Below are positions 1 through 7,909 of a stretch of 17,374 bases of DNA, piece by piece (the first letter of the stretch is position 1; the number at the start of each line of letters is the position of its first letter). Position numbers and translations under genes: made by a program. A model generated the notes under the pieces. That model saw only the letters and a list, made by a program, of their open reading frames with translations. It was not told the origin of the DNA and ran no database searches. The DNA comes from Infirmifilum sp. GTDB lineage: Archaea; Thermoproteota; Thermoprotei; Thermofilales; Thermofilaceae. Location of the stretch: NCBI GenBank assembly GCA_041287245.1, contig JBEULP010000114.1, positions 1-17,374 of the forward strand, given 5' to 3'.

Positions 1-708
1 TGGATGCTGGATCAAGGCGTAAACTCCTTCGAGGAGCTTAACCAAAGCGACATAGACAGGTTTGTCGAAGACGTCGGGTACACGTGGAACATTGTGACGG
101 GACTGAGAAAACTGTTCACATGGCTCGGTAGAAGCGACTTGACGATAGCCATCCCGCGCCCGCGGATACTCGAAGCTCCAACCTTCACAGTCATAGGCGA
201 GGGCGAGGTCGAGGCGCTTGCACAGAGGCTCCGCGAGGAGCGGCACAGCGAGATGTACCCGTGTGCGACCTTCCTAGCCTACTACGCGGCGCTCACGGTG
301 AGTGAGCTTGTCAGGCTTAGATGGTGGGACGTGAGGAACGGCGTGGTACACGTCAAACGCGACGTCGAGGCGGCCATTCCACTACCGGAAAAGGCGGTGG
401 CGTCGCTGGAAGCGTGGAGGCGAGAGCTGGTCACGCGGAGGGGCGCCGCCGAGCCGGGCTATATATTTCCCGGCGCAAGGGGGGGACACCTGAGCATACC
501 CGCGGCGAAGAAGACGATTGAACAGGCGGCGCGGAGGCTGGGCATGCATATCACATATACAGACATCCGGCTGAGCGGCCTGCTACGGCTGTTAAGTATG
601 GTGGAGCATAGGAGCGACCTGACGCGGCTGACTGGGCTTAAACCCTCCCGCGCCAAGGCGCTGGCAGTAGCCCTGCAAGAGGCCGCTAAACATATAGAGC
701 AGTCTTAG
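1..708 (+). CDS. Tyrosine recombinase/integrase-fold protein, probably catalytically degenerate; may be 5'-truncated
   Basis: Box I-like AYYAALTVSELVRLRWWDV, YIFPG patch, box II-like ITYTDIRLSG...LTGL. Frame is open from base 1 (TGG ATG), so the true start may lie upstream. Confidence 0.8.
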   Translation, partial: WMLDQGVNSFEELNQSDIDRFVEDVGYTWNIVTGLRKLFTWLGRSDLTIAIPRPRILEAPTFTVIGEGEVEALAQRLREERHSEMYPCATFLAYYAALTVSELVRLRWWDVRNGVVHVKRDVEAAIPLPEKAVASLEAWRRELVTRRGAAEPGYIFPGARGGHLSIPAAKKTIEQAARRLGMHITYTDIRLSGLLRLLSMVEHRSDLTRLTGLKPSRAKALAVALQEAAKHIEQS

Positions 709-736
709 TATTTTTTCTAAACCCCCGGGGTTGAAA

Positions 737-1024
737 ATGGCCAAGTGGGTTCTAACAATCGATAACGGTAGAGTAGAAGAGTATACGACGTATCAGGAGG
801 GCGTAGAGGCATTGAAAGCCGCCTTCAAAGCCGGAGCGAAGAAGATAGAACTACGTAGAGTGCTCTCTCCCAGGGAGGAGGCGCTCCAGAAGATAAGAAC
901 ATTCCTATACACGCTACCCTTCAGGATACTCTACATCCTAAGGCTTAAAAAACCAGTTATGTACTCTGAGGAGGAATGCTTCGAGGAGGATTTCTTGGTA
1001 GATAATTTATCCAGAGGAGGATAG
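737..1024 (+). CDS. Hypothetical protein with acidic C-terminal segment
   Basis: ORF (TTG 731 or ATG 737) after GGGGG RBS-like run at 726-730; followed by T-rich tract at 1049-1054. Confidence 0.7.
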   Translation: MAKWVLTIDNGRVEEYTTYQEGVEALKAAFKAGAKKIELRRVLSPREEALQKIRTFLYTLPFRILYILRLKKPVMYSEEECFEEDFLVDNLSRGG

Positions 1025-1066
1025 GATAAATTAGCCGGATAAGTTATCTTTTTTATCCCTGGTGCA

Positions 1067-1076
1067 CACAGCTGTG
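1067..1076. promoter_or_regulatory. Palindromic motif CACAGCTGTG, copy 1
   Basis: Same 10-bp palindrome at 3771, 10867 and 13219; this copy lies between convergent genes. Confidence 0.4.
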
Positions 1077-1114
1077 CGTTTCAGGAAAAATAAAGCAGAG
1101 AAAGAACAAAACCG

Positions 1115-1273
1115 TTAAAATTCTTCTTCCTCTTCAAAATCTTCTTCTTCAAATTCCTCTTCGTCGCCTTCAAACTCCTCCTCTTCCCAGAACTTTTCAA
1201 GCTCTTCGTCCTCCTCGTCCTCAAAGTCGAACTGCTCGTCTAGCTCTTCCTCACTAAACATATATGGTTTCAT
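1115..1273 (-). CDS. Small hyper-acidic protein, 52 aa (possible nucleic-acid mimic)
   Basis: Manual translation MKPYMFSEEELDEQFDFEDEEDEELEKFWEEEEFEGDEEEFEEEDFEEEEEF; minus-strand TTATAA at 1307-1312 with purine-rich BRE-like sequence; T-rich tract downstream on the minus strand. Confidence 0.7.
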   Translation of the reverse strand: MKPYMFSEEELDEQFDFEDEEDEELEKFWEEEEFEGDEEEFEEEDFEEEEEF

Positions 1274-1367
1274 CTGTGGCTCAGTAAACAACAAGCTAAG
1301 AGAGGCTTATAAGAGTTTCTACTCGCCTCCACCTTAAAAAAGTTCTAGTTTCACCGTTCAACGATAT

Positions 1368-1379
1368 TTTTTTATAAAA
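1368..1379 (+). promoter_or_regulatory. TATA box of the RHH-helicase operon
   Basis: TTTTTTATAAAA about 30-40 nt upstream of the RHH gene start. Confidence 0.5.
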
Positions 1380-1418
1380 TTTCTTTAGTAATAGAAAAAC
1401 GCCGGGGGGGTGTTGAGC

Positions 1419-1601
1419 ATGATAAGAAAGAGAGAAGAGCAGATTGTAACAGCGTCGGTCTATCTACCGCTAAGCGCGGTTCTAGCTGTGGAAAAGATAA
1501 GGAAGAAGACAGAGAAAAATAGGACGAGAATCCTCAGAGAACTCATAATCTACGCGCTGAAGAAAAGGGGGTTTATTAGAAAAAGAAAAGGGGGGTGTTG
1601 A
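1419..1601 (+). CDS. Ribbon-helix-helix (CopG-like) transcriptional regulator
   Basis: Beta strand VTASVYLP followed by two helices (LSAVLAVEKIRKKT, NRTRILRELIIYAL); basic; directly upstream of the replication helicase. Alternative starts GTG 1410 and TTG 1413. Confidence 0.7.
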   Translation: MIRKREEQIVTASVYLPLSAVLAVEKIRKKTEKNRTRILRELIIYALKKRGFIRKRKGGC

Positions 1602-1630
1602 GCCGTCTATGCGACGTCGGGTGATGCCTC

Positions 1631-3352
1631 ATGAGTGATACACAGAACCACGATAAAAACTTTTCGGTTGAGCCAGAAAGAGATGTTATAGAACTTCAAA
1701 AGGAGCTTGAGAACATAAAAGACATCTACGGAGCCGAAGTAATGAACAGGGTTGAGAGAGTACTAAACGTGTTACGGCTCGACGGCCAACTGGATATAAA
1801 GAGTATCATGCTAACCCTGGCAGAGTGGGATAAGCTCAGCATTGAGGAAAGGATCAGCTTTTTCGAGAAGATAAGGGGGAGGCTTGACGTAAAAAAACTC
1901 GCCAAGTGGTATGCACAACACGATAACAAGTATGCTGAAAGCCTGAATAAAGCAGAGGAGGAGGGTAGGGATCCGCCACTACCCCCGCCGAGCGTAGTAG
2001 CGGTATATCTTGCCACTAATTTCAACCTGTTCAAACCGGCATTCGCGAAAATAGGCGTCGAGCCGGAGTACGGCTTGATAGTAGGGAGGAGGTTCTACGA
2101 CAAGGAGTGGCTGAACCAGGCCGCGAGGGCGATTAGCACGCTGGGCGACCCGATATTGCCGTCACCAAGGGTTTTTCCACCGTTGTTAGAGGCGTTGAAG
2201 TCATATGCTGTGATGATTACGAATGATAAGATAAACTCGAAGAAATACCTGAACTTGAAGAATGGGGCTATAGAGCTGGAAACGCTGACACTACAGGAAA
2301 AACTAGAAGACTACATATTCACATATGAGCTACCCAGTATAGAGCCGGAGTTCATACGGGACTTGCGCGAGGGCCGTATCGATGAGAACTACTTTGCAAC
2401 GTCGGACTTCTACGTGGAGATACGTCCACACTACAGCGATAAGGAGTGGGAGAAGTTAAAAGCGGTTTTAGGCGCAATCCTAGTCCCAAAACCGTTAAAA
2501 TTGATCGCGATCATAGCAGGAGAGGGGGATACGCGTAAAACATTCCTGTTCACACTTATAAAGCGCACACTAGGTAAGCAGGCAGGCGCCATTGACCTAT
2601 CTGAAATGCAACAAAACCGGTTCGCGCTCATGAACCTAATCGAAGCGAGAGCAGTACTCACGAGCGAGGAGTCTAGAACAGTCATTAAGACGATAAACAA
2701 GCTGAAGCGTATAAGCGGAGGAGACCCGCTCTTCATTGACCGTAAGTTTAAACCTCCAGTCGAGATGGAGGACAATCCGTTGAAGATATACATCTTCACC
2801 AATGAGCTACCAGCTATAAAGGAGGTGGACAAGCCATTCCTCGAGCGCCTGGTAATTATACAGCCACAAGACCCACAGCCACCCGGGCCCGAGGAAATGC
2901 GACGCATAGAGCGAGCGCTTGAAAAAACAAGCGATTTCCTCAAATTCCTACTCTATTGCTACTGGGACTTGAAGAGAAAAGGCGAGGTGATACCGGGCAA
3001 GGGAAGTGCAGAATACGAGAGCATGCTGATAAGGGCACAGAACAACATTTACGCGTTCTTCGACTGGCTCAGCACGGAAGACTCGGATTACAGCATCACG
3101 TTCGGGCCAGGGCTGAAAACACCGGCCTCGGAGTTCTACGATGCCTACCTGATATTCTGCCAGAAAAAAGGACAACAGCCAATGGGTCGCAACACAGTCT
3201 ACGCATACATAGATTCAATACTGGCCGAACACGGAGTCATCAAGACGAGGGACTCGAGCGGAATAATTTTCAAAGGCGTAAAGTTGAATAAAAAAAGTAA
3301 TGTAGAATTGCGTTCAGACGAAAATACATATGGATGGGCATGGGAAGCATAA
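1631..3352 (+). CDS. Superfamily 3 helicase replication protein (D5/P4 primase-helicase C-terminal family)
   Basis: D5_N-like YLNLKNGAIELETL, Walker A-like GEGDTRKT, Walker B VLTSEE, B' KRISGGDPLFIDRKFK, motif C IYIFTNELP, arginine finger FLERLVII, C-terminal winged helix (ASEFYDAYLIFC...IFKGVKL); RBS GGGTGA at 1619-1624. Confidence 0.9.
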   Translation: MSDTQNHDKNFSVEPERDVIELQKELENIKDIYGAEVMNRVERVLNVLRLDGQLDIKSIMLTLAEWDKLSIEERISFFEKIRGRLDVKKLAKWYAQHDNKYAESLNKAEEEGRDPPLPPPSVVAVYLATNFNLFKPAFAKIGVEPEYGLIVGRRFYDKEWLNQAARAISTLGDPILPSPRVFPPLLEALKSYAVMITNDKINSKKYLNLKNGAIELETLTLQEKLEDYIFTYELPSIEPEFIRDLREGRIDENYFATSDFYVEIRPHYSDKEWEKLKAVLGAILVPKPLKLIAIIAGEGDTRKTFLFTLIKRTLGKQAGAIDLSEMQQNRFALMNLIEARAVLTSEESRTVIKTINKLKRISGGDPLFIDRKFKPPVEMEDNPLKIYIFTNELPAIKEVDKPFLERLVIIQPQDPQPPGPEEMRRIERALEKTSDFLKFLLYCYWDLKRKGEVIPGKGSAEYESMLIRAQNNIYAFFDWLSTEDSDYSITFGPGLKTPASEFYDAYLIFCQKKGQQPMGRNTVYAYIDSILAEHGVIKTRDSSGIIFKGVKLNKKSNVELRSDENTYGWAWEA

Positions 3353-3770
3353 CTGAAAAAATACTTCCCTATACTTTTCTCTGTTTGTTTAAAACGAGCC
3401 AATCCATTCTCTTTATTTTAATGCATAAATGCAGAATTTTGGCCTTTTTTTAATTATACACCGGTGGGGGTTTCTTCCTCTAGACACCCCCCACTCCCCG
3501 GACTTCTATAGAGTTGTAAACATCCTACATTTCTACATTAATTATTCGTTCCAATCTATCAGCCTGTCTTCATTAAAAGGCTCCACTATAGCCCGAAAAT
3601 ATTTTTTAGTAGGCTTTAAATACCCTCTAAACTACCCTCCCGTGTATTTTTAGTAAATTTTTAGTTATTAACACATCTTAATATCATTTCTTTATAAACT
3701 CTTCCCGTACACTCAGCACGACACAATCAATTATATCTTTCGATGTGGTTTTAAATACTAATGCGGGGTA
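3353..3770. other. AT-rich non-coding region, candidate replication origin
   Basis: Long low-GC stretch right after the helicase gene with a G/C hairpin (3464-3494) and short direct repeats. Confidence 0.4.
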
Positions 3771-3808
3771 CACAGCTGTGAATCACGTCTCAACAACATC
3801 TTTTATTA
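3771..3808 (+). promoter_or_regulatory. CACAGCTGTG palindrome plus TATA box
   Basis: Palindrome 3771-3780, TTTTATTA at 3801-3808, in-frame GTG at 3832. Confidence 0.5.
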
Positions 3809-3831
3809 CCAACATACACAGTCTTTCAAAC

Positions 3832-4035
3832 GTGAATCCTATAGTAAATGTTAGGCGGATTAGCCACGCCGCGGGGGAGCCGGCTAATGCGGTAGAGTAC
3901 GTCCTGGACTACGGCCCGGTCAAGGTGTATTTCTACCTTGTAGGCGACCCATTTCTAGCGTTCAAGCTGAAGCATATGTTTATCAGGGAGTACTCGCTTG
4001 GAGAGCGGGGTGTACTCATAATCGAGAAGAGGTGA
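3832..4035 (+). CDS. Hypothetical protein
   Basis: ORF 3745..4035 in track; GTG 3832 lies about 24 nt after a TATA box (leaderless spacing); its end carries the GAGGTGA RBS of the next gene. Confidence 0.6.
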   Translation: MNPIVNVRRISHAAGEPANAVEYVLDYGPVKVYFYLVGDPFLAFKLKHMFIREYSLGERGVLIIEKR

Positions 4036-4041
4036 GTAGAC

Positions 4042-4650
4042 GTGTACACGCTAATCCCGGCCGCACTTGCAACCGCCTTTTTCGCGGCGCTCGGCTATCT
4101 ACACCGCACAGACGGCGTGGACACGCGAGCCATACTCAAGGTATTCATCCTGCTCTTCCCCCTCTTCCTACTCTTCGCCACATACACGGTCGCCCCGTTC
4201 GCGGTGCAAGAGTTTGAAGACACTGTTTTCCACTTTACAATCAACCTACAACAGACACTCGCCGGCACATCCCAGAAGCTACCCAACAACGACACCTACC
4301 ACTCGCTATCAGGCACGATAACGGGGACGGTCGACGGCTACGCGGGTAAGAGGCAAAACATCCTGAACTACACCGACGCCAACGCCCCCGGCGCGTCAGA
4401 GGCACCGCTACTCATACTCTTATCCTTCACCCCGCCGGTCGGCTATGCAATCGGCTCAGAGCTAATCCCATTCCTCCTCGGCATGCCGAGGCCACGTCTC
4501 ACCCCCAAGCCCACAGGCGCACAGCTGAGCGCCAAGCCCAAACGCCAAACCCAGCCCACACCGACACATCTATCCAGGACACGCCACATCCCCACCGTGA
4601 GGAACGCATACGTGGGTAGGGACGGCAGGCTCAGGGTGGTTCTCGCGTGA
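4042..4650 (+). CDS. Hypothetical membrane protein
   Basis: Two N-terminal hydrophobic segments, Thr/Asn-rich loop with NDT and NYT sequons, further hydrophobic segment and basic Pro-rich tail; RBS GAGGTGA; GTGA overlap with next gene. Confidence 0.75.
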   Translation: MYTLIPAALATAFFAALGYLHRTDGVDTRAILKVFILLFPLFLLFATYTVAPFAVQEFEDTVFHFTINLQQTLAGTSQKLPNNDTYHSLSGTITGTVDGYAGKRQNILNYTDANAPGASEAPLLILLSFTPPVGYAIGSELIPFLLGMPRPRLTPKPTGAQLSAKPKRQTQPTPTHLSRTRHIPTVRNAYVGRDGRLRVVLA

Positions 4651-4976
4651 TCATGGAACTCTCCAGGCTCTTCCTATCCTTCCTACTCAGAGAACAGGGC
4701 GGCGTCCTGAGGCAAAAACCCAGGAAGCCCCAGCTAGACCCCGACCCCCTCACCGCCTACAGCATCCCCGGCACTGATGATATCCTCCTCGAAGTGGACG
4801 GCGTCGGCCTACTAGTAGCGCCCCCCTCAGTCGCCTCAGCCTTCCGCGCCAAGCCCCCACAGGAGGAGCAAAACATACGCGTCTACGCGGCTACCAGGGA
4901 ACTCGTAAGCGAGGGACTTAGACGCGTCATCGAAGGTGCCCAGCAGAGAGGAGAGCAGAGGAGTGAGAGGCAGTGA
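4647..4976 (+). CDS. Hypothetical protein
   Basis: 4-nt GTGA overlaps with both neighbours, consistent with an operon. Confidence 0.7.
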   Translation: MIMELSRLFLSFLLREQGGVLRQKPRKPQLDPDPLTAYSIPGTDDILLEVDGVGLLVAPPSVASAFRAKPPQEEQNIRVYAATRELVSEGLRRVIEGAQQRGEQRSERQ

Positions 4977-5326
4977 AATGGTACGCGCATATAACGTCCG
5001 CCGGGCTCCTGACCGCCGCCCTCGCACCGCAACACCTACCCCTGACGCTACTCGGAGCCGTACTTCCAGACGTAGTCGAAAAGATGGTCATGGCCCCCCA
5101 CAGGAGCCTCCACGAGCTGGCCCTCTACCTGGCCCTAGCGCCGCTCATCGCCACGGGGGAGGCGGGACTCTTCCTCGGCTCAGTTCACCACATACTCCTA
5201 GACGCACTTACAATACACGGCGTACATATTTTCGGCTTCAGGGTACACGGCCCGCTGAACACCAACCGCGCTATAGACAACATTACAGTCATCCTCCTCC
5301 ACCTCCTCGCGGTGGCCATCCTCTAG
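4973..5326 (+). CDS. Membrane-bound metal-dependent hydrolase (YdjM-like)
   Basis: N-terminal His (WYAH), GAVLPD, PHRSLH and HILLDALT..GV motifs in a hydrophobic protein; T-tract terminator at 5344-5349. Confidence 0.8.
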   Translation: MKWYAHITSAGLLTAALAPQHLPLTLLGAVLPDVVEKMVMAPHRSLHELALYLALAPLIATGEAGLFLGSVHHILLDALTIHGVHIFGFRVHGPLNTNRAIDNITVILLHLLAVAIL

Positions 5327-5557
5327 CCGAGCCCCTTCAACCGTTTTTTCCCTAGCTTCTTACTATTAATATTATAGGTTGCATGCTAGTAACATATATG
5401 TTTACAGTGGCCCATCCCATCCCCGTAATAGCCCTGCAATAACCTAACAGCGTACACATCGTATCACCGTTTATTTTTTAATTAATATTATACAGGGCTA
5501 CCTATTACTATCTATAAATTAAATACTTTTATATTACCTGGGCACGTTTTACCACAT

Positions 5558-6316
5558 ATGGAGCAATACCTTGTTACGATTGGAGTAAAGAAGTCTATAC
5601 CCCTCATCCAAGAGGTAAGTAATCGCCTACGCGCCAGGCCCGAGCCTCTATCGCTTGACATCCCCCACCGCGCCAGATCATCTTCACCGAAGGTGTTGTT
5701 CCGAATGCCCACCGGTAACTACGTGCTCATCAACTCCTTTGAACCCTCCGTTTTTTCAAAACCTGGCAACAGGATTCTACTCAGTGGCCCCTGGGTGAAG
5801 ATTCCCATCTCACTCGCCGAGCCGCTAAGCCTCGAGGATCTCGGCATCATGAAGCCGAGAGCCACTACGCCGGCGGCGCGTGCAGTCATAGTAGACTACT
5901 ACTTTACGGCGAAGACCCTCATCCCACAGCTTAGAGAACAGATAGAGACGTTGCAGATGGAGCTTAGAGAGGAGCGCGAGCTGGCGAACAGGGCGCTCGC
6001 CGTCGCGGCGAGTGTGCGCACTTTGTCCAGCATCCTATCCGGGTTCAGCCCAGAGCAGATATCAGAGATAGCCGGCGACGTCAAAGTACTCTTAAACCGC
6101 GTCCAGGAGCTTCAGCTGGCCGTCGAGGCTACAGCCGACAAGATATTAGCTGAGATCAGGGGCGCGAAGCTTAAACTCGAAGCCGGGGACAGGGAGGGCG
6201 TCAAAGAGGCGCTGGATAGGGCGGAACGCATGGCGGCTGAGCTACCCAGCTTCGCCGCTAACAACCCGTGGCTAGAGATAATTATGAAGGGAGCACAGGA
6301 GAGGCGAAGAGGGTAG
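5558..6316 (+). CDS. Hypothetical coiled-coil protein
   Basis: 252 aa; beta-rich N-terminal half, heptad-rich C-terminal half; TATA-like TTTTATATTA about 25 nt upstream. Confidence 0.8.
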   Translation: MEQYLVTIGVKKSIPLIQEVSNRLRARPEPLSLDIPHRARSSSPKVLFRMPTGNYVLINSFEPSVFSKPGNRILLSGPWVKIPISLAEPLSLEDLGIMKPRATTPAARAVIVDYYFTAKTLIPQLREQIETLQMELREERELANRALAVAASVRTLSSILSGFSPEQISEIAGDVKVLLNRVQELQLAVEATADKILAEIRGAKLKLEAGDREGVKEALDRAERMAAELPSFAANNPWLEIIMKGAQERRRG

Positions 6317-6321
6317 GTAGC

Positions 6322-6429
6322 ATGAAGAAGACACCATTGCAAATCCTTCGCGAGCACAACAGGGAGAGTAGGACGGGACAACAACTGGCTCCTCGCGGAC
6401 AAGGTCAAGAAGTCCCTCGCATAATATAA
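6322..6429 (+). CDS. Possible small protein, 35 aa
   Basis: ATG 5 nt after the previous stop, preceded by GGTAGG; MKKTPLQILREHNRESRTGQQLAPRGQGQEVPRII; followed by oligo-T at 6442. Confidence 0.35.
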   Translation: MKKTPLQILREHNRESRTGQQLAPRGQGQEVPRII

Positions 6430-6441
6430 CAAATGAGACGG

Positions 6442-6461
6442 TTTTTTCTTTTTCCTTTATT
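6442..6461 (+). terminator. Oligo-T archaeal terminator
   Basis: TTTTTTCTTTTTCCTTTATT after the 5558-6429 genes. Confidence 0.5.
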
Positions 6462-6571
6462 TACAGGTAAGCGTTCCAATTGAATTCTCTTTTTAGAAAC
6501 GGTTCCAAAACATTCCTTAAACGACACATTTATAGGTAACTTCAACATTCCATTTCAAGGGGGGAAAAGGA

Positions 6572-6952
6572 ATGGCTAGGAGCCTCAACCTAGAACTCAG
6601 GAAGCTGGTGCTTCACTACTACCTCATTGGACACAACACCAGGATGATAGTTGACCGTATAGCCGCGCAGACTGGGAGGCGCTACTCCATGAGTTACATC
6701 CGCAAACTCATCTGGCAGATGAGGAAGGAGGGCCTGCTTGCAAAGCCACCGTCCTCCGGGCTCTGGGGCGAGCTTGAGGTGTGGATCCGCTCGAGTAAGA
6801 CACATGCATACAGCGCGCTGGAGGCTGTGAAGGCCGGGGACTTGAAGACTGCTACCGTTGAACTCGAAGCCGTCCTCGAGAGGCTTGAGAGGGCCCAGAA
6901 CACTTACAAGGCGCTCTACCTTGGCTACACCGGCGTAAGAGTGATGCGTTAG
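6572..6952 (+). CDS. HTH DNA-binding protein with C-terminal helical hairpin
   Basis: LVLHYYLIGHNTRMIVDRIAAQTGRRYSMSYIRKLIWQMRKEGLL fits a helix-turn-helix pattern; TATA-like TTTATA at 6529-6534. Confidence 0.7.
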   Translation: MARSLNLELRKLVLHYYLIGHNTRMIVDRIAAQTGRRYSMSYIRKLIWQMRKEGLLAKPPSSGLWGELEVWIRSSKTHAYSALEAVKAGDLKTATVELEAVLERLERAQNTYKALYLGYTGVRVMR

Positions 6953-6969
6953 TAAACGGGGGGATTGGT

Positions 6970-7398
6970 ATGAGTGGATACGAGGATATTGAAGATTTGG
7001 TTAAGAGCTTCAACATCGAGACGCGAATGGCGCTTAAAGACAAAGTGGAGCCACGGAGCGCCCAGCGTGTGCTTAAGGCGTGGAGCGAGAGCGCCGCGGC
7101 TGTTGCTGACGACCTGATCGGGTATGTGGATGTACGCCTCCAAACGTACAAGAAGGAGCTGAGCGCGGAGGAGATGGAGATCATCCGGGACTTACTCGCG
7201 TTCATAGCGTGGGTGGTAGCCGATGCCGTGGTGGCTCGTATTATTCTAGGCGATAGTCCGAGGAATGCTATTGACTGGGTGGCGAGGAGGTTGCTCTCAG
7301 CGAAGGGTTATGAGATGATAAACAGTTGGTACGAGATCGTCGTTAAAAATATTGAAGGTCTCGAGTCCCATGCAGACCACGATAAGAGTGATGAATAG
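6970..7398 (+). CDS. Hypothetical alpha-helical protein
   Basis: 142-aa ORF with G-rich RBS; stop overlaps next start. Confidence 0.75.
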   Translation: MSGYEDIEDLVKSFNIETRMALKDKVEPRSAQRVLKAWSESAAAVADDLIGYVDVRLQTYKKELSAEEMEIIRDLLAFIAWVVADAVVARIILGDSPRNAIDWVARRLLSAKGYEMINSWYEIVVKNIEGLESHADHDKSDE

Positions 7399-7844
7399 TG
7401 GGGGAGGAGTGGGAAGTCGTAGACGAGGACGAGGAGCCGGTTGAGGAGGACGAGCCGGTCAGCGAGGACGAGGAGAAAGCGGAAGTAGTTGAAAGCGATG
7501 AGGAACCAGTCGACAAGGATGAGACCGTCGTCGCGAGGCCACGGGGCGACCCCGTATTAGAATACGTCTATGGCTTCGTCGAAGACCCGCCTACCAGTAT
7601 GGGCGAGTGGAGGTTCCTCTGGATGGTTATAGAGTATCGCAAGGCTTCAGAGAGTGGAGACAAGAAGAGGGCTAGGAGGTGGGCCCGCCTCGTCCTCCAT
7701 TTCTGCCCTTACAAGCCCGAGCTATGCCCCATCTTCACGCTCACAGTGTCGAAGTGCCCCGTCAACATGTTACAGGCATGCAGGCCCATAGCGTTGGCCA
7801 TAGCAAGAAAGAGGCTGAAGAAGCTCAGAAGCCAACTCCGGTAG
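7398..7844 (+). CDS. Hypothetical protein with acidic repeat N-terminus and four-Cys C-terminal domain
   Basis: D/E-E-P-V repeats, then HFCPYKPELCPIF...KCPVNMLQAC and a basic tail; T-tract at 7862-7868. Confidence 0.75.
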   Translation: MGEEWEVVDEDEEPVEEDEPVSEDEEKAEVVESDEEPVDKDETVVARPRGDPVLEYVYGFVEDPPTSMGEWRFLWMVIEYRKASESGDKKRARRWARLVLHFCPYKPELCPIFTLTVSKCPVNMLQACRPIALAIARKRLKKLRSQLR

Positions 7845-7909
7845 ACCACTTAAAAATATTGTTTTTTTAAACGCATCTTATATTTTCACCTTTTTGGACT
7901 CTAACATGT

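Noticed and set aside
1..708. Active integrase with an attachment site or tRNA target in the window
   Set aside because: Catalytic residues are missing and no tRNA fragment or flanking direct repeat was found.
2431..2943. 170-aa minus-strand ORF
   Set aside because: Antisense shadow of the helicase core; no independent signals.
3429..3653. 74-aa ORF in the AT-rich region
   Set aside because: Base composition unlike the other genes, no RBS; more likely non-coding.
4936..5355. 139-aa Arg/Pro-rich + strand ORF
   Set aside because: Alternative frame of the YdjM-like gene; composition typical of off-frame GC-rich DNA.
5327..5557. AT-rich gap with 12-bp palindrome AACATATATGTT (5391-5402) as ncRNA or recombination site
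   Set aside because: Single AT-rich palindrome with no cloverleaf or convincing two-arm site; terminator plus promoter explain much of the gap.
7410..7525. GAGGA/GACGAG-rich repeats (also 9680-9770)
   Set aside because: Explained by acidic low-complexity protein segments; no repeat-spacer structure.
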